This document shows positions 30,877 to 41,005 of a DNA stretch of 64,000 bases, piece by piece. The notes under the pieces are model-generated. The model was given only the letters and a program-made list of their open reading frames with translations, did not search any database and was not told the DNA's origin. Origin of the DNA: Candidatus Aenigmatarchaeota archaeon (GTDB lineage: Archaea > Aenigmatarchaeota > Aenigmatarchaeia > CG10238-14 > SCSR01); assembly GCA_030615205.1 (NCBI GenBank), contig JAUWZS010000001.1:10019-74018 (forward strand). The letters run 5' to 3'. Every line of letters begins with the position of its first letter. Position 1 is the first letter of the stretch. Made by a program: the position numbers and the translations under genes.

Positions 30877-31016
30877 TGCTGGTGGTGGGATTTGAACCCA
30901 CGACCTCCGCGAATCACCTTTTATCTTTGTATTTCATTCGGCTGCTCTCGAAACAACCGTCAACGCTCATAAAAGTTTATGAGCACGGCGTTATAGCCAG
31001 ACTAAACTACACCAGC
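30877..31016 (-). tRNA. Elongator tRNA-Met(CAU) with a 65-nt intron (30912..30976) at position 38/39
   Basis: GCTGGTG/CACCAGC-A; stem CCGTG/CGCGG; BHB central TCAT/GTGA with bulges AA^A and TT^C; mature length 75 nt. Confidence 0.9.
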
Positions 31017-31129
31017 TTAAACATTGGCGTAATTAACGTAAATAACTTACATTAACTTAACCTAATAAAATATTATTAAATTTAAATAAATTAAGAGTAG
31101 GGAAAATTAAAACAGTCTATGGAGGAGCG

Positions 31130-31765
31130 ATGTTGATGAAGATAATTGTTGTATCTGTTCCTGGAGCTGGTAAATCTACTATCTTAGAGCTTGTAAAGAA
31201 AAAGGTGCCTAGAGTAAAAATTGTGAGTGTTGGAGATGTAATGTTTGAACTTGCAAAGAAAAAATTCAAATTAAAAGATAGGGATGAAATAAGAAAGAAG
31301 TTGTCGATAAAAGATTGGAAATATGTTCAGGGGTTAACAGCCAAGAAAATTTCTAAAATAAAAAGCAAAATATTGATTATAGACACTCACTTGGCCCTAA
31401 AATCCCCTCATGGTTATTTTCCAGGATTACCAGATTATATTGTGAAGCTAATTAAGCCAGATAGATTAATCGTGTTAGAATTTAACCCAGATGATGTTCT
31501 TGCAAGAAGAAAGAAGGATTTGAAATTGAAAAAACCAGAGTCCACAGAAATAGGAACAATTAGAGTGCCGAGAAAAAAAAGAGATATAGAAACAAAAAAA
31601 GCTATAGAAGAGCATCAAAAAATTAATAGGGAATATGCGTATGTAGTTGGAAACGTTGCAAATTGTACTGTAAAAATTATTGACTTAAGATTTAAACAAA
31701 AAAAATCATATGAACAAGCATATAAAGGAGCAGAAAAAATTATCGAGGAATTGAAAAATGATTGA
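31130..31765 (+). CDS. adkA: Adenylate kinase, archaeal AdkA type
   Basis: VPGAGKST, GDVM, RDEIRK, IDTH, GYFPGLP. Confidence 0.9.
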   Translation: MLMKIIVVSVPGAGKSTILELVKKKVPRVKIVSVGDVMFELAKKKFKLKDRDEIRKKLSIKDWKYVQGLTAKKISKIKSKILIIDTHLALKSPHGYFPGLPDYIVKLIKPDRLIVLEFNPDDVLARRKKDLKLKKPESTEIGTIRVPRKKRDIETKKAIEEHQKINREYAYVVGNVANCTVKIIDLRFKQKKSYEQAYKGAEKIIEELKND

Positions 31766-32309
31766 AAGAACTTTAATCCTAATAAAATCTGATGCTATTG
31801 AAAGAAATCTAACTGAAGAAATTATAAAGAGGTACGAAGACGTTGGGTTAAGAGTAATCGCAAAGAAAACGGTAAAAGCCGACAAAGAGCTTGCAGCAAA
31901 ACATTATCCAGATTCCGAATCGCAGATTGTTGGTATGGGAAACAAAACTTTGCAGGCAGCGAGGGACGCTGGGAAGCCAAACAGCGTAAAAGAGATATTT
32001 GGTACAGAAAATCCAAAAGAAATTGGAATGATATTGAGGGAATGGCTGATTGAATCCATAACATCTGCTCCAGTGATTGCAATTGTGCTTGAAGGGGAAA
32101 ACGCTATACAAAAAACAAGGAAGGTTACCGGCTTCACAGATCCGTCAAAGGCAGAAAAGGGGACTATACGCGGCGACTTTGGTGATGATTCTATAGACAA
32201 ATCAAACAGTGAAAGAAGAGCAACAAAAAATCTTGTGCATGCATCTGGCAACAAAGAAGAAGCTGAAAGAGAAATACGTCTTTGGTTCAAACCAGAAGAA
32301 TTAGAATAA
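31758..32309 (+). CDS. ndk: Nucleoside diphosphate kinase
   Basis: ERTLILIK, GTIRGDF, NLVHAS. Confidence 0.95.
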   Translation: MIERTLILIKSDAIERNLTEEIIKRYEDVGLRVIAKKTVKADKELAAKHYPDSESQIVGMGNKTLQAARDAGKPNSVKEIFGTENPKEIGMILREWLIESITSAPVIAIVLEGENAIQKTRKVTGFTDPSKAEKGTIRGDFGDDSIDKSNSERRATKNLVHASGNKEEAEREIRLWFKPEELE

Positions 32310-32313
32310 GGTT

Positions 32314-33291
32314 TCACATCCTTTCATTCAACGCAGCATAAACTATCGGCAACAGCACAGTAGCATCGCCTTCGACATTCACGAATTTCGCATCTTTTCC
32401 AATTTTTCCCCACGAAACAGCCTCACGCGGCCGCGCACCTGACAAACTGCCGTCCCACTCAACTGCTGTGCTGATGTACACCGCATAGTCAAGTCCGCCT
32501 TTCTTAAGTTGATTCCACCATAAGGCATGATGTTTGCTTATACCGCCACCGATAACCAATGCACCCGAGCGCTTCGCATTCCATACCTTGTCGCTGAGCA
32601 GCGTCTCGTCCGCGAGAAGATTTATTTTTAAGTCGTGGTCTTGCGCGAACTGCCAGATATGGTACCCTACAGCGCCATCCGTGATTCCGGGCACGATTAG
32701 CGGTATTTTATTCTTCCAACACCAGTAGACAATCGAATCTTCTTTGCGTTCTTGCGCTTCTGGATCATCGTCTATCAGCCGGCCAAACTCCCAAACCAAT
32801 TCGTGGGTGGATATGCCCTTCTTCTTTTGCTCCTCAGTGAGATTGCTATGGATAACCTTCAAGAACTTCGATATCTTATCTTCCAGTATTATGCCGTATG
32901 AGTCGTCTGTCACAAGTACGTTGCCTATCCTGCTTATCCCTTTGTCTTTCAGTTCTCTATCGTCCATTAAAAATTCACCATGATGATAATCCCTATACAC
33001 GCGGGCGATGTCGTGGTCGAGCGTGCCAGATGCTGTTATAATTATGTCGAACATTTTATGCCGGATGAAATCTTTAACAACACCGCGCGTGCCAGTCGCG
33101 TTGATGCATGACGGGAATGAAAAGAAGCGTAGGCAATCCTTGTCCTTTATCATGCTTTCAATAATGTCCACGCCGACTGCAAGTTTCTTTGCTGTAAAAC
33201 CACCGGCTGCTTTAAATTGTGCTATAAGCTCGTTTACGTTTGTTTTACCGTTGAGTTTAATGTCTTTTACTGGTTCTGTATCAGGCTTCAT
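32314..33291 (-). CDS. dys: Deoxyhypusine synthase
   Basis: RIGNV, PGITDG, IGGGISKHH, DGSLSGARPREAVSWGK. Confidence 0.96.
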   Translation of the reverse strand: MKPDTEPVKDIKLNGKTNVNELIAQFKAAGGFTAKKLAVGVDIIESMIKDKDCLRFFSFPSCINATGTRGVVKDFIRHKMFDIIITASGTLDHDIARVYRDYHHGEFLMDDRELKDKGISRIGNVLVTDDSYGIILEDKISKFLKVIHSNLTEEQKKKGISTHELVWEFGRLIDDDPEAQERKEDSIVYWCWKNKIPLIVPGITDGAVGYHIWQFAQDHDLKINLLADETLLSDKVWNAKRSGALVIGGGISKHHALWWNQLKKGGLDYAVYISTAVEWDGSLSGARPREAVSWGKIGKDAKFVNVEGDATVLLPIVYAALNERM

Positions 33292-33337
33292 AGAGAATAA
33301 AGTAACTCTAATAATATAAAAATGTTAATTATAATTT

Positions 33338-35050
33338 ATGCCAAAGACAATCTCGATGGAAAAAGAAGTTGTCACGCTGCTGAAAAGCGCAGGAGTAGAA
33401 AGTATAGAAGAAAAACTAGAGCGACCGCCGGATCCGAAATTTGGTGATTTGGCGTTTCCATGCTTTGATCTTGCTAAAGTACAAAAGAAAAGCCCGCATG
33501 ATATAGCAAAAGATATTGCTGAAAATCTAAAACTCGAGGTCGCGGAAAACATTCTGAGAGCTGAAGCAAAGGGCGGTTATATTAATTTTTTCTTTGATTG
33601 GGAAAAAATATCATCGGAAATTTTGAAAGAAATTATAACAAAGGATAAAAAATACGGCCGACCTACAAAACTGAAAAAAGAAAAAATAATGGTTGAATAT
33701 TCCCAGCCAAATCCTATCCACTCCATGCATATAGGCCACGCACGCGGTACTTTCCTAGGCGATGCACTTGCAAACCTCTTCGAATTTATGGGACATAAAG
33801 TAATACGTGCGAACTACATAAACAACTGCGGCCTGCAAGTGATGAAACTTGCAACAGCACTACAATTATGGGCAAAAGGGAAAAGGCCGGACGAGAAGCC
33901 TGATCTTTGGCTTTGGAAATATTACATCAAATACCATGAAGAAGTAAAGAAAGACCAGTCGATTGAAGCTAAGGCACGCGAAAATCTAAGGCTGGTTGAC
34001 GTGGAGAAAGACAAAACGGCGACAGCGCTGCGTGATAAGATTGTTAAATGGTGTGTGAAGGGATTCAAAGAGACGTACAAGAACGTAGGCATAGAATTTG
34101 ATGTTTATTTGTACGAAGGTGATTTTCGTGATGCTGGCAAAAAAATCGTTGAAAGTGCCATTAAGAAAAAGCTGGCTTTTGAGAGCGAAGAGAAAACAAT
34201 TGTTGCTGATTTGGAAAAACACGGATTGCCTAGTTTTGTAATTTTGAGGTCTGATGGCACTGGCCTTTATCAGACAAGCGATTTGGGCATGACTGTCCAC
34301 AAATTCGAAAAATACAAACTCGATAAGTCTATATGGGCTGTTGCGTCTGCGCAGAATTTGTACTTCAAACAACTTTTCAAACTACTCGAATTGCTTGGAT
34401 ACAAATGGGCTAAGAATTGTATTCATTTCTCTTTCGACTTGGTCAGATTGCCAGAAGGAAAAATGTCATCTCGTGAAGGTAAAGCTATACTTTTGGACGA
34501 AGTTATCAAAAAACTTGGAGATATGGCTTATGAAGAAGTGAACAAACGTAATCCTGAAGAATCGGAAGAAGGCAAGAAAAAGGCAGCACAATCCATAGGG
34601 ATAGGTGCGCTAAAATATGCAATAGAAAAAGTAGAACCAGATAAAGGAATTACTTTTGATTTTCAGAAGATGCTGAGCTTCGAAGGAAACACAGGTCCGT
34701 ATATACAATATGCGCATACACGTTGCGCTTCGATACTGAATAAAACCGGAACATGGAAACCGAATTTTAAAACTAAGGCATTAAAAAAAGAAGAAAAAGA
34801 CTTGATTAAACTGCTGGCGGATTTCCCAAAAATCGTCGAACAGACTGCAAAAGAGATGCGTGTGAACCAGATTTGTAATTATGCTTATGACATCGCTACA
34901 ACATTCAGCACGTTCTACCAATTCTGTCCGGTGCTTAAAGCAGATACAGACGAGCAAAAGGGTTTTCGTTTATCGCTCGTCGCCGCAACGAAAATAGTTT
35001 TGAGAAATGCGTTGTCTATTCTAGGAATGGATGCGCTAGAGAAGATGTGA
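33338..35050 (+). CDS. argS: Arginyl-tRNA synthetase
   Basis: PNPIHSMHIGHAR, RSDGTGLY, KMSSREG, GNTGPYIQYAHTR, C-terminal EKM. Confidence 0.97.
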   Translation: MPKTISMEKEVVTLLKSAGVESIEEKLERPPDPKFGDLAFPCFDLAKVQKKSPHDIAKDIAENLKLEVAENILRAEAKGGYINFFFDWEKISSEILKEIITKDKKYGRPTKLKKEKIMVEYSQPNPIHSMHIGHARGTFLGDALANLFEFMGHKVIRANYINNCGLQVMKLATALQLWAKGKRPDEKPDLWLWKYYIKYHEEVKKDQSIEAKARENLRLVDVEKDKTATALRDKIVKWCVKGFKETYKNVGIEFDVYLYEGDFRDAGKKIVESAIKKKLAFESEEKTIVADLEKHGLPSFVILRSDGTGLYQTSDLGMTVHKFEKYKLDKSIWAVASAQNLYFKQLFKLLELLGYKWAKNCIHFSFDLVRLPEGKMSSREGKAILLDEVIKKLGDMAYEEVNKRNPEESEEGKKKAAQSIGIGALKYAIEKVEPDKGITFDFQKMLSFEGNTGPYIQYAHTRCASILNKTGTWKPNFKTKALKKEEKDLIKLLADFPKIVEQTAKEMRVNQICNYAYDIATTFSTFYQFCPVLKADTDEQKGFRLSLVAATKIVLRNALSILGMDALEKM

Positions 35051-35057
35051 AATTAGA

Positions 35058-35912
35058 TTACCAGAACTTTGGAAGACCTGTAGCCTTTAATGCTTCAGCT
35101 CTTCTAGCTTTTGGAATATAATCTTGTAACGCTTTATCAGCATCAAATTTGTTACTATTTTCTAGTTGATCTTTCCATAATTTATTTAGAACCTCGTTAA
35201 TTTCTGTTGCATTAGAAATACCCGCTCCTCTTAACAAGGTTCTCCACGATATTCTTACTAAATACCCTAAATCTCTTTCTATCTGAGATTTGTGGCACTT
35301 CAAAGCTTCTTTAACTTTTTCCCAAGGTTCACCTGTTATATCTATTAAATGTGTTGGATCTTCCATTAAATTCATTATCTCATACTGAAATAATCTATTA
35401 ACACGATGAGGCTTACCAAAATCTAGTTGAGATGGTCTCTCACCTCTAAAACTAGCGTTTATTACAGCTTTATAGATATTTCTATGATCTTTATGTGTGT
35501 CATGCTCGTAAGGGATTAACAGTGCAGATGGTCCTAGATCTCTTATAGCTCTAATCAATCCGAATTTTAAATATTCGTTGTCAGCGTCAATCTTACCATC
35601 AACAACACTGGCTTGTTCAGGAGTATAACCCAAATCTGAAAGATACTTATGAAAATCTATAAGTTCAAAACCAAGTACTTTCTGCGAGTCTTGTATTTCT
35701 TTAAGTCTTGTTTTCCCTATATCTTCTTTTTGAGTTAAATCGCCGTACCCAGCTGTACCACGGCTCATTAATAGTCCATAAACATTACAATCATTCTGAA
35801 CGCATTCGTAAATATATCCACCCGCAAAGATTTCGTCATCAGGATGGGGCAAAACAATTATAATATTTGGATTGTATTTTGGGTCTGTTAGCTCAGTTCC
35901 CAAGTTCACCAT
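35058..35912 (-). CDS. PIG-L/LmbE-family deacetylase
   Basis: PHPDDE, HKDH, HKSQ. Confidence 0.9.
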   Translation of the reverse strand: MVNLGTELTDPKYNPNIIIVLPHPDDEIFAGGYIYECVQNDCNVYGLLMSRGTAGYGDLTQKEDIGKTRLKEIQDSQKVLGFELIDFHKYLSDLGYTPEQASVVDGKIDADNEYLKFGLIRAIRDLGPSALLIPYEHDTHKDHRNIYKAVINASFRGERPSQLDFGKPHRVNRLFQYEIMNLMEDPTHLIDITGEPWEKVKEALKCHKSQIERDLGYLVRISWRTLLRGAGISNATEINEVLNKLWKDQLENSNKFDADKALQDYIPKARRAEALKATGLPKFW

Positions 35913-35963
35913 ATTTTCACCACTATTAGATAGTAAAAAAGACTATATAAATTTAACTAATTT

Positions 35964-37307
35964 TCAATATTTTACATCTTTCAATTCTTCGTACAACTGC
36001 TCTAAGAATTTTTTATCGTTTGCTGCTTTAACAACATCGTTGATTTTTTCCTTTGCTATTTTCTTTTTTCCAGCTGAGCCGAGAAGTGTGAAAGGTTCGA
36101 TGTTGCAATTTACAATCGCATTCGGTGTTGTCCATCCAAATGGTCCCATGAGCATACCTGGATAAATTATTGTTCCGATGCCTGTTTGTGTCCAGTCTGC
36201 GATAAATGTTCCTATCTTACGTTGGCCTGTGCTGACAACTTGTCCTTTGACGAGAACTTTAACGCCTTTTTTATCGTGTCTGAGGTTTGCAGTTTTCGTA
36301 CCAGCGCCAAGATTGCAATGCTCACCGATTACACTGTTGCCAACGTACGAAAGATGTGGCACCTTGGAATTATCCATAATTAAGGAATTCTTTATTTCTA
36401 CGCCATTGCCGATACGACAGTTGCGGCCAATTGATGTGCTGCCACGGATGTAGCAGTTCGGGCCTATGATCGAACCGTCGCCGATAACTACATTGCCTTC
36501 TATATGCACACCAGGCTTTATCTCCACAGCTTCGCCAAGGATTATATTGTTTCTGCTGCCTTCGTTTGCAATCCGTTGTTCGATCTTCATTCTGTTGGCC
36601 TCGAACAAATCCCACAGAGTTGAAACACCTTGCCAAGCAGGTATTTTACACGCATACACACGAGAGGTCTCCATAGCCATCTTTATTATCGCGTCCGTTA
36701 GCTCATGCTCACCACGTTCCGAGTTTTCAATCTTTTCCAAGTATTCGAAAATTTTGGGCGAGAAAACATATGCGCCTGTGTTCACAATATTGCTTGGCGG
36801 ATTTGATGATTTTTCGGCTATACCTTCAAGAACCCCTTCGCTATTTGTAACAAGCACCCCATAGCTTTCTGGATGCCCAGATTCAAACGCCCCTACAACC
36901 GCTAAAGCATTTTGTTTTTGAAAAGTATTCAACAGCACAGAAAAAGTGCCACTACCGAAAACCTCGTCGCCGTTTACCATTATGAAATTATCATTTATCT
37001 TTCCGCTCATAGTTTTTAATGCATCACCTGTTCCGCCGATGCGGTGTTGATGTACAAAAGTTATTTTTACCCCAACAGGACACCACGTCGCGAAAAAAGA
37101 TTTAATCTTTTCTTCAAGATAGTTAGTGACAATAAAAATCTCGTCTATTGTTGTGCCTTCTGCTTCAAGTGCCAACAGGTCTTCGACTATATATTGTATC
37201 ATCGGCTTGTTTGCAAGCGGGAGAAGGACCTTAGGCTTTGTGTATGTTAACGGCTGTAGCCGCGTGCCTCTGCCGGCTGCAAGTATTACTGCTTTCATGT
37301 TTATCAC
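35964..37307 (-). CDS. glmU: Bifunctional sugar-1-phosphate nucleotidyltransferase/acetyltransferase
   Basis: LAAGRGTRLQPLT...PK, hexapeptide repeats, HLSYVG, GAGT..ANLR. Confidence 0.92.
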   Translation of the reverse strand: MINMKAVILAAGRGTRLQPLTYTKPKVLLPLANKPMIQYIVEDLLALEAEGTTIDEIFIVTNYLEEKIKSFFATWCPVGVKITFVHQHRIGGTGDALKTMSGKINDNFIMVNGDEVFGSGTFSVLLNTFQKQNALAVVGAFESGHPESYGVLVTNSEGVLEGIAEKSSNPPSNIVNTGAYVFSPKIFEYLEKIENSERGEHELTDAIIKMAMETSRVYACKIPAWQGVSTLWDLFEANRMKIEQRIANEGSRNNIILGEAVEIKPGVHIEGNVVIGDGSIIGPNCYIRGSTSIGRNCRIGNGVEIKNSLIMDNSKVPHLSYVGNSVIGEHCNLGAGTKTANLRHDKKGVKVLVKGQVVSTGQRKIGTFIADWTQTGIGTIIYPGMLMGPFGWTTPNAIVNCNIEPFTLLGSAGKKKIAKEKINDVVKAANDKKFLEQLYEELKDVKY

Positions 37308-37346
37308 TGTTTTATTCAGTGCTACTAAAAGTTTTAACTCTTTCGA

Positions 37347-38693
37347 TCATTGTGGTATTGTCTTTATGATATTGTCTGCAATCTGTTTTATGTTTTCGAA
37401 TTCACTCTTATTAGAGGATTCATAACCCATGGAAATTTTTGCTTCGGTATTTGATGGCCTAAATAGCATCCATCCATTGTCAAAATTAACTCTTACACCA
37501 TCCATTGTTATGATATCAAATCCTTGAGAAGAGAGTTTGTCTTTTAGTTGCTCTATGAAATAGAACTTTTCTTCTTCTTTAACTGGGATTCTTGCCGCAT
37601 AGTTATAAAAACGTGGGTATCTTTTTATTAAATCTGATAATTTTTTGCCACTATTTTTCACTATCTTTAAAATTTTCAGACCAGCAATCAGTGCATCATC
37701 AGTATAATTGGCTTCTTTGAAAAAATAATGACCAGCTACTTCACCAGACACTAAAGCGCCCTTTTCGAAAGATTTTTCTGCAATGTACGTATGGCCGGCT
37801 TTCCATGTAATTGGATTTCCTCCAAATTCCTTTATCACATCATCCACCAACTTCGAACAAAGAACATCATGAACAATTATCCCATTTTTATTTTCTTTTA
37901 ACGTATCTTCGACCATCAAAGAGAATATATGATTAGTGTTCACCACATTCCCATCTTCATCTACAATATTGATTCTATCGCCGTCGCCGTCAAACGCAAA
38001 TCCCAGGTTGGCTCCTGTCTCTTTTACTTTTAATTCCAAATCTACAATGAATTTTTTGTCCATAGGATCAGGGGTATGATTTGGGAAATTACCATCTGGT
38101 TCACAATAAAGCTCGATTACCTCAGCTCCGCACGCTCTCAGGATTCTAGAATATATCTTACCAGCAGCACCATTCGATCCATCAACAACAACTTTTATGC
38201 CTTTCAGATTAATCGGAAACAAAGATGTTATAAATTTAACATATTCGTTAAAAACATCTATTCTTTTGATTTGTCCTGCGCCTTCTCTGAATTTTTTAGT
38301 CTCGACCAATTCCTTTATTTTATTGAGACCATCCTCAAAACTAATTGGTATGCCTTTAATGTCCGAAAACTTAAATCCATTATTTCCCTTTGTGAGATGG
38401 GATGCTGTTACTGCTATGCTAGACCCGTATCCTAACTTGTAACAAGCAAAGTAAACCATTGGCGTAGGGACAATCCCTATATCAGTAACATTCGCTCCTG
38501 ATTCAACAAGACCTTTGATCAAACTCCTTTTTATAGATGGTGTACTCAGTCTTGCGTCCCCGCCAACAACCACATTATCACTATAAATTGTTGCAAACGC
38601 CCTGCCGATTAGGTAAGCAACTTCTTCATTCAGCTCACTAGGATACTTCCCTCGGACATCGTATGCTCTGAATATATTTTTTTGATTACTCAT
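37347..38693 (-). CDS. Phosphomannomutase/phosphoglucomutase family (probably the GlmM role)
   Basis: FRAYDVRG, TASH, FDGDGDR, RPSNTE. Confidence 0.93.
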   Translation of the reverse strand: MSNQKNIFRAYDVRGKYPSELNEEVAYLIGRAFATIYSDNVVVGGDARLSTPSIKRSLIKGLVESGANVTDIGIVPTPMVYFACYKLGYGSSIAVTASHLTKGNNGFKFSDIKGIPISFEDGLNKIKELVETKKFREGAGQIKRIDVFNEYVKFITSLFPINLKGIKVVVDGSNGAAGKIYSRILRACGAEVIELYCEPDGNFPNHTPDPMDKKFIVDLELKVKETGANLGFAFDGDGDRINIVDEDGNVVNTNHIFSLMVEDTLKENKNGIIVHDVLCSKLVDDVIKEFGGNPITWKAGHTYIAEKSFEKGALVSGEVAGHYFFKEANYTDDALIAGLKILKIVKNSGKKLSDLIKRYPRFYNYAARIPVKEEEKFYFIEQLKDKLSSQGFDIITMDGVRVNFDNGWMLFRPSNTEAKISMGYESSNKSEFENIKQIADNIIKTIPQ

Positions 38694-40468
38694 TTCACTG
38701 TCACACTCTTTGCTAGATTTCTTGGTTTGTCTGGATCGCAGCCGCGGAGCACAGCAAGCTGGTACGACAAAATCTGTATTGGGATTATTTGTATTATTGG
38801 GTTGAGGTCGCCTACATCTGGTACTTTGATGAAAAAATCGAAGACATCCTTGTTTTTCTTTGAATCAATTCCTATTATGTAACCCCCGCGCGCCTTTATC
38901 TCCATTGCATTTGATATTATCTCTTTCTCATTTTCCTTTGATGAAAATACTATGCATGGTGTGCCTTGCTCTATGAGCGCGATTGTCCCGTGCTTTAGTT
39001 CGCCACCACTGAAGCCCTCGGCATGTATGTATGACACTTCCTTTATTTTTAGCGCTGCTTCTAGGGATGTTGGGAACTGCAGCCCACGGCCGATTGTGAA
39101 AATATGATTCTTGTCTTTCAATTCTTCTGCAAGTTTCATTAGATACTTTCTGGTGTTCGCTGCTGTGAGATTGTATATTATGTTCCACAAATATTCCAGA
39201 TTCTTCTTCCCTTCATCATATTTCCCTGCTATGGTATATGCAAGCAGTGCGAGCACTGTAAGCTGGGCTGTGTATGTTTTTGTAGACAGCACGCATATCT
39301 CTGGACCAGCATTAAGCATCAAAGCCCTGTCCGAGTTCCGATGCAAAGATGAGCCTACTACGTTCACTAGCGACATGACCTTGCTTCCTTTCTGCCTAGC
39401 TGTTTTTACTGCATCAAGCACATCAATTGTCTCACCGCTTTGTGACACAGCGATTACCAGCGTACCAGGTGTTAGAAAATTCTCGTAGTTTGAGAATTCT
39501 GACCCGAGTACAACATTAATGTGCAGTTTAGTGATCTTCGAAAAGAGATAGCTGGCTGTAAGGCATGCGTGGTACGAGCTACCGCACGCTACCAAAAATA
39601 CACCTTTTGCTTTTTTCATTTCGTCTGCTATTTCGAAAAGAATTTCCTTGTCCTGATTAGCAGCACTTTTAACAGTCTGCACCTGCTCGGATATTTCTTT
39701 CATCATAAAATGGTCAAAGTTTCCTTTTTTAGCCTGCTCAATATCCCAATCTATGCTATGCAACGGCCTTCCAACTTCTTTACCATCTTCAAGGTTAAAA
39801 AACTTTACTCTGTTACTGTCCAAAACAACAAAATCGCTATCATGAATATAGATCACATTCTTTGTATGCTCTAAAAATGCTGGTATATCGCTTGCAATGA
39901 AATTCTCTCCGTTACCCACACCTACAACAAGAGGCGAACCGTTCCTAGCAGCTACTATCTTTCTTTCACCCTCAAACATCGCTAGGACAGCACAATAACC
40001 ATCAAACTGCTTTATCGCATCAATGGCTGCATGTTCGAAATCCTTTCCCTTTCTCATCTCAAATTCTATAAGGTTTGGTATAATCTCAGTGTCGGTTTCG
40101 CTATAAAAGGTAAATCCGTTTTCCTTTAGCATTGTCAGAAGCTCTTGATAATTTTCAACTATACCGTTATGTATGACAAGGATTTTTTTATTGTTTGAAA
40201 TGTGCGGGTGTGCATTTGTCTGTGTGACACCGCCGTGCGTAGCCCAGCGTGTGTGACCGATACCGATATTTCCTTGCATGGAAAGGAAGTTTAACCTTTT
40301 GTTTATATCATCCACAAGTCCGATATCCTTCTTTATTTGCACTCCATTGCTCCCATCGAATATTGCCATACCTGCTGAGTCATAACCACGATATTCTAAC
40401 CTTTTTAATCCGTCAAAAATTATTGGAGCAGCCTGTCTCTTGCCAATATAACCGATAATCCCGCACAT
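38690..40468 (-). CDS. glmS: Glutamine-fructose-6-phosphate transaminase
   Basis: MCGI, HTRWATHG, SQSGET, PRNLAKSVTV. Confidence 0.98.
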   Translation of the reverse strand: MCGIIGYIGKRQAAPIIFDGLKRLEYRGYDSAGMAIFDGSNGVQIKKDIGLVDDINKRLNFLSMQGNIGIGHTRWATHGGVTQTNAHPHISNNKKILVIHNGIVENYQELLTMLKENGFTFYSETDTEIIPNLIEFEMRKGKDFEHAAIDAIKQFDGYCAVLAMFEGERKIVAARNGSPLVVGVGNGENFIASDIPAFLEHTKNVIYIHDSDFVVLDSNRVKFFNLEDGKEVGRPLHSIDWDIEQAKKGNFDHFMMKEISEQVQTVKSAANQDKEILFEIADEMKKAKGVFLVACGSSYHACLTASYLFSKITKLHINVVLGSEFSNYENFLTPGTLVIAVSQSGETIDVLDAVKTARQKGSKVMSLVNVVGSSLHRNSDRALMLNAGPEICVLSTKTYTAQLTVLALLAYTIAGKYDEGKKNLEYLWNIIYNLTAANTRKYLMKLAEELKDKNHIFTIGRGLQFPTSLEAALKIKEVSYIHAEGFSGGELKHGTIALIEQGTPCIVFSSKENEKEIISNAMEIKARGGYIIGIDSKKNKDVFDFFIKVPDVGDLNPIIQIIPIQILSYQLAVLRGCDPDKPRNLAKSVTVK

Positions 40469-40499
40469 AGAAAATCACATTAATTCGATCATCTTGTAA

Positions 40500-40637
40500 T
40501 CACTCATCTATTAATGCTTGTCTGCCCTTTACAAAACTACATTTGCATTTTTGGCATTCATATGCATTTGGGTAATTTATATCGACTAGTCTTATGTTGT
40601 CTGATTTGCATTTTGGGCATTCGATTTGGAATTCCAT
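40500..40637 (-). CDS. 45-aa zinc-ribbon microprotein upstream of glmS
   Basis: Manual translation MEFQIECPKCKSDNIRLVDINYPNAYECQKCKCSFVKGRQALIDE. Confidence 0.7.
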   Translation of the reverse strand: MEFQIECPKCKSDNIRLVDINYPNAYECQKCKCSFVKGRQALIDE

Positions 40638-41005
40638 TTTTCTCACGCGCACTTTTTCCACACGTTTCGTGTTTTTTATATTTATTCGCAGCCTGAAGTC
40701 AAAGTTCGAACAAATTAAACAAAGTTTGGAATTTTAAATTAAAGTGGCAAAGGAGTAACAGAGGGTGTGGCGGCCAAAATGGAACAGTATCCTCTGTGGG
40801 GTTTGCCTTCCTCTCCCTCCTTTACCTTTTATTTTCTATTTTCAATGTCTATAAAAGAAATCTAAAAGAGTTGCTTTAATGGCCCAGCAAATCAGCGAAG
40901 AGAAAGCTTAAAAAGCTTAAACCACTAAAAAAACATTTATAATAGTATAATTAGTATTATAATTTGAAGAACACGTAATTATAGATCAAGTGTGTGTGAT
41001 CAATC

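Noticed and set aside
40746..40826. glmS ribozyme or c-di-GMP riboswitch
   Set aside because: Conserved cores not found; kept only as an unclassified structured element
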